Assembly (NCBI RefSeq): GCF_009914755.1 | Contig: NC_060925.1 | DNA length: 64,000 nucleotides | Strand: one strand, 5' to 3' | Origin: the human T2T-CHM13v2.0 reference genome, Homo sapiens | Shown here: in pieces, positions 43,700 to 55,854 of the stretch | How positions within the stretch are numbered: the first letter of the stretch is position 1 | Layout: each line of letters begins with the position of its first letter | Position numbers and translations under genes: made by a program | The notes under the pieces: generated by a model | Seen by the model: only the letters and a program-made list of their open reading frames with translations | The model's database searches: none | Told to the model about the DNA's origin: nothing

Positions 43700-44750
43700 T
43701 TGCATCAGGGTTGAACAGGGTGGCGCCGGCCAAAGAGGGATTCCTTTCAGGCCCGGGCCTCGCAGTCCAAACGTGGCCCGCCCTAGCCCCACCCCCTAGT
43801 GACCGCACACTCCAGCCGTCCAATCCCGTCACCACCCCGTCCAGTCTCCACCCCGGGAGGCTCCACTCCGGGTCCAGGCCGCCTGGGGCGTTTGCAGTCC
43901 TCTGTGGGAGGTGGCGTCCCGCAGAATGAGAACATTTCTGTGCCGGGCCAGCAGGTGTTACCTGAGTAAGATTGAGATTCTCTCACCAGGCGACAAGGCT
44001 TGTTGTGCCCGAGACAGGCACAGCTCAGATTCCCTCCCCGTGGTAATTAACCCGGGGAGAAATGTAACCAATCCCCGAGACTCGGGCCTCCAGCCAGCCG
44101 CCCGCTCGCTCCGTCCTTCCCCACCCGGGAGCCGAGCCTGGAAGGATTGCGGGGGGCGGTGCGGCAGGTGGAGGTGGGAGAGTTTGAAATGGATCCTGGC
44201 TGGGAGGACTTCCCAGGCCCCCTGCCGGACGGCGGGCTAAAAGCGTGAGGCGAAGGTCGTGGAAAGCCCGCTGGGACCCACCGCGGGGGTGCACTGGCCG
44301 CTGGGTCCCAGGCGCCGCGGCGATTTACCGCGCCTGGAGGTCACCGCTCCGCGTCCCAGGGAGGGGCAGGAGGCTGGGTCCTTCTGATCCCAGAAGACAT
44401 AGCAGCACGGAGACACTAATCCGCTGTTTTTACACATAAACACTTCACACGAGAGAGATTACGTACCTCACATTGCAGTCATAGAGGGATCTGTGGGTGT
44501 TAGAGGCTTTCAGCTCCTGCTCTCGGGTGCATTGTGGGACAGAGCCTAGCAGGGAGGGAGCAGAGGCCGCGGCAGCCTCTCGGGTTCTAATCTCCCACCT
44601 GCCGCTCGCCCTAGATCATGACGTCACCCTGGACCTCAGTTTTCTCACCTGCGCAGTGGGTTAAGCTAAAACCTGCGCCTCTCTGCCTTTTGAGGATAAA
44701 ACTGAGACTCCGAAGAGTGTTCGGAAAGAACACGTCAGGAGTGTGCAAGG
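43700..44750 (-). promoter_or_regulatory. TMEM9: CpG island, probable distal TMEM9 promoter with candidate first exon ~44467-44550
   Basis: CpG-dense; minus-strand donors GAG|GTACGT (44466-44465), CTG|GTGAGA (43986) and CAG|GTAACA (43961); CRE TGACGTCA at 44619-44626; fits the recalled ~37 kb span of TMEM9. Confidence 0.6.
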
Positions 44751-44995
44751 GTTTCTTTGAATTGTGGATCTCACATCCCTGTCTGGCCTGCACGTTTACT
44801 CACCAAGGAATGCCAATTTCATTGTTTTTTGTTTGTTTGTTTGTTTTTTTAATGGTGATAATTGACTTGAAGGAAACCAAGCTAATTACTTGGCTGGATG
44901 AGTGTAGAGAGGCAGGGGATGACCAGGTGGAAGAGGGCTGCTGCTTTGCAAAGATTCTCTCAGGGAAAGAAGGAATGGAACTAAGGCCTGGAGTG

Positions 44996-45026
<31 letters not shown>

Positions 45027-46763
45027 GGTAAAGATTCCTGTATTCAGAACCGCTCTTAAGTCTGCCGAGTAGAGTAGGAGACTAGGAATCATTTTGAACC
45101 AAACCTCTCATTTAACAAATAATGAAACCGAGGCCCAGATAGGAGAAAGTGACTTACCCAAGGGCACGCAGCTGTTGGCCAGTTGGCTCTGGGATTTCTT
45201 TGAGGCTGATTGAAACTACCTTCCTTGACCTGGACTTTAATTTCATCTCGCCTAGGCTCCACTCCATGTGAAACCAGGTTTTAGGATTTGGGCTTTTCCC
45301 CCAAAGAATTCATGGAGTTGTTTCCTGCTTCCAAGGCATTTTGAATTCCTCTGGTTAAAGGTGTACTCTCTGTCACTATGTCTCTCAAACGAGGCAAGGC
45401 AGGAGGTTTCGGGGGTTAAGGAGTAAGTACTCACTGGTGTGGAATTTAGCAGAGGTGAGATTTTCATGGGCACTGTGTACTTTATCAGTTTACAACTTGC
45501 TGTTAATAGAGGCCATTAATCACAGCCAACTGCAGCTGGCTTAGCCTGGGACAGGGACAGTCCAGCCATGGTTAGGAGGGGCAGGCGCAGCAGGAGTAAC
45601 CAGGGAAGGACCTCCTACAGTTACCCTTGAGACCCGAAAATCAGTCCTAGGAAGAAGACAGTGGAATAAGTGCTCCCAACATGAAGACACTGGCACATAT
45701 AAATGGTCTCACGGTCTCCGGCTGAGTCCTTCCAAATGACCCAACCTGTGTTAAATGCCTAACACAGTGTCTGACACACATTAGGTGCTTAATGAATACT
45801 CTGGAGTTTGAAAGTCCTTGCCCCAAACATCAAGATATCATTTTATTCCCACTTTACAAGCATGGAAACAGAGGAATAGAAAGGTTAAATTATTTCACCC
45901 AAGTTATAGAGCAAGGAAGGGGCAGAGCTGGGATTCAAACCCAGACCCTCTGGCTCCAGAGTCCATCCTCTGAGCCACCCAGCAGGGATGGGCCTGGGAA
46001 GAACTTACTAACAGTCTAGTTGTCAGCCTCAGACTCCGTCCACCCAAAATATCCTTCCTCCCTCCAGCTGGGTGTGTGCAGCTCTTGCTGGAGAAGGGGT
46101 GATCAAGATGACCTCTGGAGGCCCTTGAAGATTTACAATCCTCCAATCCCCCCCTGGAGAATTCCCCCCTCTCAGACTTCACTTGCTTCTCTTTCTGTAC
46201 TGTCCAACAGGCCGGCCTGGGCCTCCTGACTGAGTTCAGCTGTCATTGTGGGACAGAAGAGGAGTGTGCAAACCCTGCAGGATTAGGGGTGCTGATGAGG
46301 CAGCCATCAGAAGACATCACTTGACAGGGCCTCTCTATTTCATGAGTCACAAGGGCTGAGCATGGAGCCCTCTTCCTGCTCCTCCAGAAGCCCTGGCCTC
46401 CCCGTGACCCAGCCCTTCTTGTTTCCACCTGATGCTTCTCTCACAGCTGCCATGATTTCATAATCTTTTGTCATAACCTTCCACATCATCCCTCCATCAT
46501 CCGGTCTCAGCTCACACAGAGGGCTAGGAGGTGAAAAAGTCCACTTCCTGCTTCTCTGCTGGATGACCCCTTCTCCATGCCCAACTGAGAACTCTTCTTA
46601 CAAATCTCCATAGAAGGGGGTTCTTCATGTTTCTTGTCAATGTTTCTCAGTGTTGACAACTTATAAGGCCGGGGTATTTGGTGAAATGGAATTTCTGGGG
46701 GCAGGCTTTCAGGGATTTGTTGGGGCATATATAAGGATTTAAAGTATTCAGATAATCTAGCTC

Positions 46764-46980
46764 AGGGGTCTGCAAACTTTTCCTGTAAAGGCCTAGACAG
46801 TGAATATTTTAGGCAGGTTATACAAGTTCTGTGGCAACGACTCAGTTCTGCTGTTGGAACACAAAAGCAGCCACAGGTACTATGTAAATAAATGAGTGTG
46901 GCTTTTTCCAATAAATTGTTATTTACAAAACTAGGCTGTAGACCAGGTTAGGCTTGTGGGCCATAGTTTTGCTGGCCTCT
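46764..46980 (+). mobile_element. MER58A hAT MITE
   Basis: CAGGGGTCTGCAAACTTTTCCTGTAAAGGCCTAGACAGTGAATATTTTAGGC...CATAGTTTTGCTGGCCTCTG. Confidence 0.85.
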
Positions 46981-47227
46981 GATAGAAGTGGTTTAAGGTT
47001 GGGGCCTGGGTGGGCACCCCAGGGGAGAGCAGTGGGTAATTTCTGTGTAATGCCATTGGCTGCCTAAGGTGCACCCTGGACCTGCACAAGGATGGGGTAC
47101 CTCCCTCACCCATCCTACCAGAGGTCATCAGTGGACAGAGGGCGTTGGGGAGCACTAACCAAGGGTCAAGATTGCTCTTCTGTAATGGAGCTGTGGGATG
47201 CTGTGTCAAGAGGGTGGAGACCCATAG

Positions 47228-47531
<304 letters not shown>

Positions 47532-48552
47532 CCCACAGGTCTTCTGACCACTGTATTCAGTCCTGACCTGCCCAGACAGCCTTCTCCCTAAGGAAGGAGT
47601 CCCACACAAATCTCACTGGCGAATGCCCTTATCTTCTGCAGCTGGAGCAGCAGCTTACTAGGCCTTTCAGATACACTTAGGAAGAAATCCTAAAGCAGAA
47701 TCTCATTAGCTTGTGTGTGGCTGGTGAGGTGGTTTTTGCTCAGGACAGGGTGCCCAACAGCTCTGGGAGGTCTTTGGTGAGGAGGGGCCTCAAGGAATTA
47801 TCTCAGATGTGATGGACTTATTTCATTTCCTCTGGGGCACCCCCTCTTTCTTCCACCTCTAAGCCTCTGCATATGCTGCATTCTCTGCTGTTTCTTCCAT
47901 CTTCTCCACATAGCTAAGTCCTTCTCATCCTGTCAGCTCCTCCAGGAAGGCTCCTCAGATTGCTCTTCTCCCCCAGTTTTTGGCTGGTGTTCCTGTATGT
48001 GCTCCCGCTGAGCTCTGATTGATAGACCCCACTAAAGCCTTTGTTATGCTTCTCTGTGATCACTTGTTTCACCTGTATCTTCCACTAGAATGTAAGTTAG
48101 ACTGAAAACTCTGTGAGGACAAGGACCCCAGCACCTTGCACAATATCTGATCTGCAGAAGTAGCTCAATAAATATTTATTAAACAAATTAATGAATTTCA
48201 CTCACATCAGTGGGCAGAACTTTCCTTTAACTATTGTGAAAATGAATGTGTCCATCACATTCTCTGTAAACTTCCCAAGAAGTTTGAGAGAGCAAAGGTC
48301 CTTTCCTGTGGTTATAGAACCAACCTTTCCCTTTCAGCTTCTGTTCCTATTAGTATGTGTGCCGCATGTTGCAATAATTGTTTGAACAGAGGCAGGCATC
48401 TTGTTTCAGTGGGATTTCATTTGGAGAGGAAAGTGATGGAAGGAATATTTTCCTGGACTCCTCCTGGAAGGGGAACTTCGTGTCTCCCTTTATTCTTAAG
48501 CACCATATTATTTCTCCGTGACTTAGTTCCCCTTCATAAGTATGAAGGTATA

Positions 48553-48700
48553 CCCAGAGCTCTGGGAGGCCAAGGGAGGAGGATCGCTTGAGCCCAGGAG
48601 TGCGAGGTTGCAGTGAGCGATGATGACTCTGCCACAGCACTCCAGACTGGGTGACAAAGTGAGACCTTGTCTCTAAAAATACATACATACATACATACAA
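48553..48700 (+). mobile_element. Alu monomer (FRAM-like) with (TACA)n tail
   Basis: GGGAGGCCAAGGGAGGAGGATCGCTTGAGCCCAGGAG...GAGACCTTGTCTC. Confidence 0.85.
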
Positions 48701-48714
48701 AATAAGTGCAAAGG

Positions 48715-48717
<3 letters not shown>

Positions 48718-48755
<38 letters not shown>
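48718..48755. repeat. (TG)n microsatellite
   Basis: About 19 units. Confidence 0.95.
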
Positions 48756-48757
<2 letters not shown>

Positions 48758-50741
48758 GGAACCCTTGGTAGAGTGAATGTTTACATTGGGAGTAGTTTGA
48801 GGGGTTTTCTTTTGAAAGGGGTGTTCCTGAGCTCATTGTGTTCTCAGAAAATTCCAACTGTAGCTGGGATTAGGATTTTTACATCACCACAGATTAATTG
48901 CAGACCACCCCCAACCCTCCTCTCCTGGGGGTCGACACGGTCCCCCAGCTGGGGAACAAGGGCTGGGCTTGCAGCCTAAGGGTTCTGATAATACCCCTTG
49001 GACTCAGCAACCGTCTCCCAAGGAGCAGCAAGAACCTTCCAGATGTCATCATACCAACCTTCCCAATTTCCCCAGAAAGGAGGAGAGGCACCCAGATGTA
49101 TGTTGCAGAGTCAGGGAAACTGAAACACAAGTTGAAGAAAATCAGGTGAAAGGAGCCAGTGAGAATTTGAATTCAAATAGCAGCCCACCCTCCCTTCTGC
49201 ACACTGCCTTGCTCTAGCCGCACTGCTGTGTTCCTCAGTGCCCTCACTGGGGCCATTGGAGGTGGTAGCTCTGCCGCCGCAGGCTGGTCAGTGACCAACT
49301 TGTGGGTGGAAAGGAGTTGGGGAGAGGAGGAAGGAGAGATGCGTTTCCAGCCTGTTCAGGCATCCTCCATGCCCATCTCTCCTTATCTCTTTGGAAAACC
49401 TGTCTTGACCTATTTTCACCCTTTTTTTGGGGGCCAGCCATAAATGGCCCCAATCACAGCCCTTGGGTAGTACCAGACCTGTGACTCAGGAGTTGCTGAC
49501 TCTCTTGATTTCAGGATTTTGTGACTTTGATGGGATAACCTTTGAGGAATTCTTGGGGGGGCAGCTGGAATGAGCCTACTTGGAAGCTCAGTTAGGCCTT
49601 GGTTACGAGCAAAGCATGTTTATGGGATATTAAAAATAGATTTCAAGCAAATATATAAATCTCTTTCTATCCTGGCCCTTTGTCTCTGGCCTCTGGCCTC
49701 TCACCTCCTGGGGTGGCCCTCAGTACGGAGGCTTGATTTGCCCAGGTCCCCTTTAGACTATACAGCCTCTGCAACCCCCTGCCCTGTAAGACTTGCCCTC
49801 CTTCCCCATAGTTCCAGGTTCTTCTCACCTCCTCTCCTCACCAGAGTGTCCCTGGCAGAAAAGCTAACAATGAACTGAAGGCAATTAACAGCCTGGGCAG
49901 TTCATTCATTGCTAGAGCTGGAGAGGTGCTAAATCTTCTCCAGCCAGTCAAGGGCAACCTCCTGCAGGTCATTTAGTAGGGGAGGTCCGTGTCAAGTTCT
50001 GAGACTGGCCTTGCTGGGTGAGAAGCCTCACCCTAGCACCTGTAGTCCTGAGCCAGCCACTCTCTGACTGTCCCGTCCACACCCCTCTCCATTCCTCAGG
50101 CAGTCATTTGGTAAACATGTGATATGCTTAGTCTGCTCAGGTCTCTGCCCTTAAAGATCCCATCTCCTGGCAAAACACCCAGGGCTGAGTAATTCCTATG
50201 CAGAACCCAGGCTGAGGTGCTGTGGGGATAACCAGAGGGAGAAGGAGACACTGTCCTCTCCTTAGGGAGCTCACAGGGATTGTGAATTGAGTGTGTATGT
50301 GACGGGGAGGGGAATGGATAAGACATGCAGGCCTTGTCTCTGGCAGGCATTCGTGTGATGCTGGAATGGCAGCAGATGGAGGGGGAGATAGGGAGGAGAG
50401 GGCAGGAGGAAACTGAGTCAAGAAGAGTTAACCAGGGAAGGTTTCTGGCAGAGACAGTGCTTCAACAAGCTTTGAAGAATGGCGCATGACAAAAAGAAAG
50501 AGATCCAGATTCAGAGCAGATTAAGTGACTTTAAAATAGGCTCAGAGGCAGCAAAGGGGGCCTTTGATTGGAAGGACTACAATAAGGCTCCTGTAGGTAT
50601 GTTGGGCTAGAATAAAATTCCAGTATCACCATAATTTTCTCTCTCCAGATTAGGCCTAGGAGAAGAATGATGAGGCAAGAAAGGCGTCACATTTCAGGGC
50701 AGGACTTGCGATCTTAAGACTAAATTGCCTGGTGCCTAGAC

Positions 50742-50743
<2 letters not shown>

Positions 50744-50794
<51 letters not shown>
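50744..50794. repeat. (TG)n microsatellite
   Basis: About 25 units. Confidence 0.95.
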
Positions 50795-50796
<2 letters not shown>

Positions 50797-51053
50797 GTAT
50801 GTATGCATGTGTTTACACACATGTTAGACAACCAAATGTGTGAGGTTCTTCTATGGGTGAGGCAGTGGAGAAAGCAAGGAGTGTGTGCACTTATATGTCA
50901 CAGGTAGCAAGGTGAGCTGTGTATAGGGGTAAGCGTGGGCTGTGGCCACAGCTATGAGACAGCCTGTGAACATGTGTGAATCCCTGCTGAAGACAGGGAT
51001 GGTGGGTGATGGCCTGGTGAGGGAGGATCACTAATTTAAAAAGAAGATGACAA

Positions 51054-51345
51054 GGCCGGGTGCAGTGGCTCACGCCTGTAATCCCAGCACTTTGGGAGGC
51101 TGAGGCAGGCGGATCACACCAGGAGTTCAAGACCAGCTTGACCAACATGGTGAAACCCGTCTCTACTAACAACACAAAAATTAGCCGGTCGTGGTGGCAC
51201 GTGTCTATAATCCCAGCTACTCAGGAGGCTGAGGCAGGAGAATTGCTTGAACCCTGGAGGCAGAGGTTGCTGTGAGCTGAGATTGCGCCATTGCGCTTTC
51301 CAGCCTGGGTGACAGAGTGAGACTCTTTCTCAAAAAAAAAAAAAA
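51054..51345 (+). mobile_element. Alu (AluSg-type)
   Basis: Full dimer; TSD AAAAGAAGATGACA. Confidence 0.95.
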
Positions 51346-51381
51346 GAAGATGACATGGGTCAGAAGAGGGGCATCCCTGTA

Positions 51382-51445
51382 TCTCTGTGCCCCCCTTTCT
51401 TGTGATCCCTTCTCTCTGTGCCCCCATTTCCTGTGATCCCTTCTC
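51382..51445. repeat. ~31-bp tandem duplication (TCTCTGTGCCCCC.TTTC.TGTGATCCCTTC)
   Basis: Two near-identical adjacent copies. Confidence 0.85.
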
Positions 51446-51573
51446 TTTTTCTCCTTCAGACCCCAGCCATGATCTGCTTTCTTGTTGTCCCTGAGGTGCA
51501 TTCATGCCCCGCCATGCACCTCCACATGCACTATTCTCCTCCTTCAGTTTGCTCTCACATACACATGCCCCCT

Positions 51574-51956
51574 TGGTATGGTTTGAATGCCCCCTCCAAA
51601 ACTCATGTTGAAATGTAATTGCCATTGTGGTGGTATTAGGAGGTGGGGCCTTTAAGAGGGGATCAAGTCATGAGGACTCTGCCCTCATGGGAGAATTAAT
51701 GCCATTATCTTGGGAATGGGTTAGTTATCATGGTAATGGGGTCCTGATAGAAAGGATAAGTTTATTCCCCTTTCTCTTTCTGTCTCATGCACTCTTCTGC
51801 TTTCTGCCTTCCATCATGAGATGACATTCACCAGATGTTGGTGCCATGCTGTTGGACTTCCCAGCCTCCAGAACGACAAGCCAAATAAACTTTTATCATT
51901 CATAAATTACACAGCCTGTGGTGTTCTGTTACAGCAGCATAAAACAGACTTAGACA
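51574..51956 (+). mobile_element. MaLR LTR (MST-family)
   Basis: TGGTATGGTTTGAATG...CAAAACTCATGTTGAAAT...TGTTACAGCAGCATAAAACAGACTTAGACA. Confidence 0.88.
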
Positions 51957-52719
51957 CCTCTTCAACCCCAATGTCTCCACCCACCCACATCCATTTCTAC
52001 CCTGTCCCAGAACCACCAGGCTACAAAAGAGGAGGAAGTCAGATATAGACCTTCGACTATTGGTGCCCAGGGAAGAGCACAAGCTAACAACTCCATGCCT
52101 CCCAGTATTTCTGATGTAAAGTCCATCCCTACCATGCCAGTGAATCAATGTCACTGGTGGACTGATCTCAGAGGAGCACCTACACTAACATTAGCCACAG
52201 AAAAGCCCAGGTTCCATTTCTGTCTTCTTTTGGCCCCAGCCTCCATCCTCCATGTGACTCTCCCATCTCCTCCATGTGACTCCTCTCCTCCCTCTCTTTG
52301 GCCCTGTGATTATTCAGGCTGCTGCTTGAGTATGTCCTTCTCATCTCCACATTTCCTTCCCCTCCACCTCCAACACCACTTTTCCACCACTCTCCCTCTT
52401 TGTCCGTGGCTGCAATTCCTCTCTGGCCTCAGCTCCAACCAACCTGTCACTTTGCTGTGGAGTCAGAGAATTGCTGGAGAGAAGTGGAGAGGGTGGGCAA
52501 GAGAGAGTTGGCTTAGGGGGCACAGCAGACACGGCTTGTCAAGATGTTCAGGTTTCATTCCTTCATCAAATATTGCTGAACTGAGCTCAACATGGGAAAC
52601 TCATCAGTGCATAAAATACACACGATTCTTGCCCCATAGAGTATTCAGTTTAGTAGATTAGACAAATTCTTAAAAAAAACCTACTCAGTTATAAATGATA
52701 AACTATGACAAGTCAGTAA

Positions 52720-53095
52720 ATCCTTAGAATCCACCTGCAAGTACGTCTAGAATCTGACCTGCTCACCATCTCCACTGTGACACCATTGTCCAAAGTGTCA
52801 TCCTCTCTCACTTAGATTATTGCAGGGGCTGTGTATCTGGGTTTCTGACTTTCCACCCTTTTTTCCCTTCAGTCTATTTTCAACCCAGCAGCCAGGCCAA
52901 TCTCTTAAAAACATGAATTACATCTTGTGATCCCTCTGCTCAAAACATTGCAACAGATTCCCATCTTATTCAGAGTAAAAGCCAAGGTCATTACTATGGC
53001 CTTATAGCCCAATGTGATCACTGGCCCCTTCACTCTCTGATAATTCTCCTCCCACTTCCCCTCTGCTCCATCCACTCCAGGCTCATGGCCTCCAG
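52720..53095 (+). mobile_element. L2a-type LINE fragment
   Basis: CTAGAATCTGACC...TCTCACTTAGATTATTGCAG...CTCTGCTCAAAAC...CAGAGTAAAAGCCAAGGTC. Confidence 0.75.
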
Positions 53096-54382
53096 GTAGT
53101 AAAAGTGGGATTTAAACCTGGGTCTCTCCTAAATTAAACCTGGGTCATGCTTAAATTAAAAACCCAATTTAAGCATGGGTTCAAAAGTCCATGCTCCTTC
53201 CACTAATAATATTGTCATCCCTTCTTACAAATGAGGAAACAGACATTCAGTGAGTTTAAGACTAGGCTATAGTCACATGACTAGGAAATGTCAGCATACT
53301 TGTAAATCCTGAGATAGTCTCCACGACAATTCTTCTAGAGGATCATAAATGTCCTCCAATATGGACCAGGATATGATATTCTTGACAGTTCAGGTCCCTC
53401 CCACTGTACCAAATTCCTCACAATTCTCATTTCTACCATAGCTTGTGGTCTTAGTCCTTTTAGCTTATGGTCAGTTTAAAGTGATCTCAGAAAGTCAACC
53501 AGGAAATGAAAATTTCTCTTCCTTTAAATTCTCATGCTACCAGAATGTAAGGCAGTTTTTTTTCATCCCCACGAGTTTTTAAAATAAAGTAGAGGGTAGC
53601 ACATGGGAAGTCTGCTCCCAGCCTCTTGTAGAGAGGGCACTGAGGGCACTCTAGGAGATTCAGGAGATGCCAATGAAAGCTTTCATTGTATCACCTTGGA
53701 GCCATCATGGGGGGACAGTGAAAAGCCCTTTAGACAAGAAAGCCCCAGGAGAGAACCAGCAGGCTCAAGACACCATTTGTGATTTATGTGGGTCAGATCA
53801 TGCCCATGCAATGAGAAGAAATGGGGAAGAGAGTCTCAGAGAATTTTCTTCAGCATGGAGATGAACACCTGTGTTACTATCTTCAGGATGGACACAAGAC
53901 TGAACCAAGAATGGATCTCCAGTCTTCAGGTTCTCAGTTCTGTGAAGCTACTGTACTGGCGCGCTGTCAAGCGGTTCCTGATCGAGTTCCTCCAGGAACA
54001 CAAATCAGTCACCAGGCAGCAAAGCCCTTTTCCACCCTGGGCATTAGTGAGATCCAGCCGGCTCCGTCAATCTCCCAGGAGCAAGCATCTAACAACCTAG
54101 GCTGACAGGTGGCCTCCTGGGATATTGTCTAAGTTAGCCCAGGGACTGCCTGGGGAACTTTCCAGAATTAACTGCAGGGAGAGTGGGAGGAATGGGAGTT
54201 TTAGGAAAAGGGAAGCTGGGGCATAAGAGGGAGAAGCACGCTCTGGCTGCCTGAAATCACTGGTTGATGCTGTCTGGGCATTTGGACAGAACAGCACCAA
54301 AGGATGTCACTGAGCTAAACAAACCAAAGGGTTTGTCACCTTTTCTCATGACTGGTACTAATGGTATTCCTCTGGTGAAATT

Positions 54383-54472
54383 CTCTTCTTCTTCTTCTTC
54401 TTCTTCCTCTTCCTCTTCCTCTTCTTCCTCTTCCTCTTCCTCTTCTTCCTCTTCCTCTTCTTCTTCTTTTTT
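54383..54472. repeat. (CTT)n/(CCTCTT)n polypyrimidine simple repeat
   Basis: ~90 bp pure C/T tract. Confidence 0.95.
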
Positions 54473-55555
54473 TAGGTTTGTCTTTCTCTTTCTTCCACAT
54501 GCTGTCTTTCCTTCCTTCCATCCATCCCTTACTCTCTTCCTTTCTTTTTCTTCTGTCTTTTCTGGTTCTCTAGGAGGACTTCTGTAGGGGGAACAGAACA
54601 GGGTTGCTGTCATGCACATCTTGGTTTCTTGTTTTATAAACGGAGGAGCCCAAATTTTGAGAGGCCAGGAGACTTGTGTGCCAGTTCCATTTCCAGCTCC
54701 ACCACTGCATTCATCAGGGCTCACTCTGTCACCTAAACTGACTTTACCTCTCATGTCCCAGGTTTCCTATGTGTAAAGCAGGGATAAGAATCCCAACTTA
54801 CAGGGAGATTGTGGGATTGAAGATCTCCATACATGTAAGAGCCCAGCGTGGCACCTGGCACTAAGCCAGGGCATAAAGTTACTGTCCTGGTAAAGGGCTT
54901 CATGTTCACCCGACCTCTCATTCACTGGACTCTGACAGTGGCACAAACCTCCCAGAACATGGGATTTAATTTTTAGAAAAGAAACCCCAAATTTATTTGG
55001 GGCTATGTTTGAGAAATTAAATGAGTAGGGATTAATTGTGGTAAAAACATTTGGGAAGTCAAAAAAACATGCAAATTTAAAACAGAAAGACCTCATGGGG
55101 CAAGGTTTTCCACACTGCATAGAGGCAAATGCCTTGCATATCACTAAACACACCCCAAATCCTGGTTCTAACTTTAGAGTGACTGATGTTACTCCAGCAC
55201 TCAATGGTTATTTCCTTTTGCTGCTCTTTTGTACTTGTGTTTGGGAATATTTAAATATTTGAGGAAGTTTTAACAGTTTGCATCACAAATTCTGATTGAA
55301 TCCTTAAAGCATCAGTTGCTCTTTTCAAACCAAAATCAATAGAGAAGTGAGTTTGGCTTTCTACCATGGAGCCCTTTGAGTCTTCAGTTGTTAACCAATT
55401 CTCCATCGCTGTTCAGAAATTGGGAGGGTGGACAACTTTGGTAAGCCATTTAGTGACTGTAAAACACTGTAGCAATGCAAAAGTCAGGGCTGAGGAAAGA
55501 GAGGGTTTCTTTATTAATCCTACATCAAGACCCTACTCTCAGCCCCTAGCTTTAA

Positions 55556-55854
<299 letters not shown>

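Noticed and set aside
52095-52661. 188-aa plus-strand ORF
   Set aside because: Low-complexity Pro/Ser/Leu product of CT-rich DNA ending in L2-like sequence; no homology recognised
54257-54754. Poly-Glu, poly-Ser and RG-rich ORFs
   Set aside because: Translations of the GAA/GAG simple repeat
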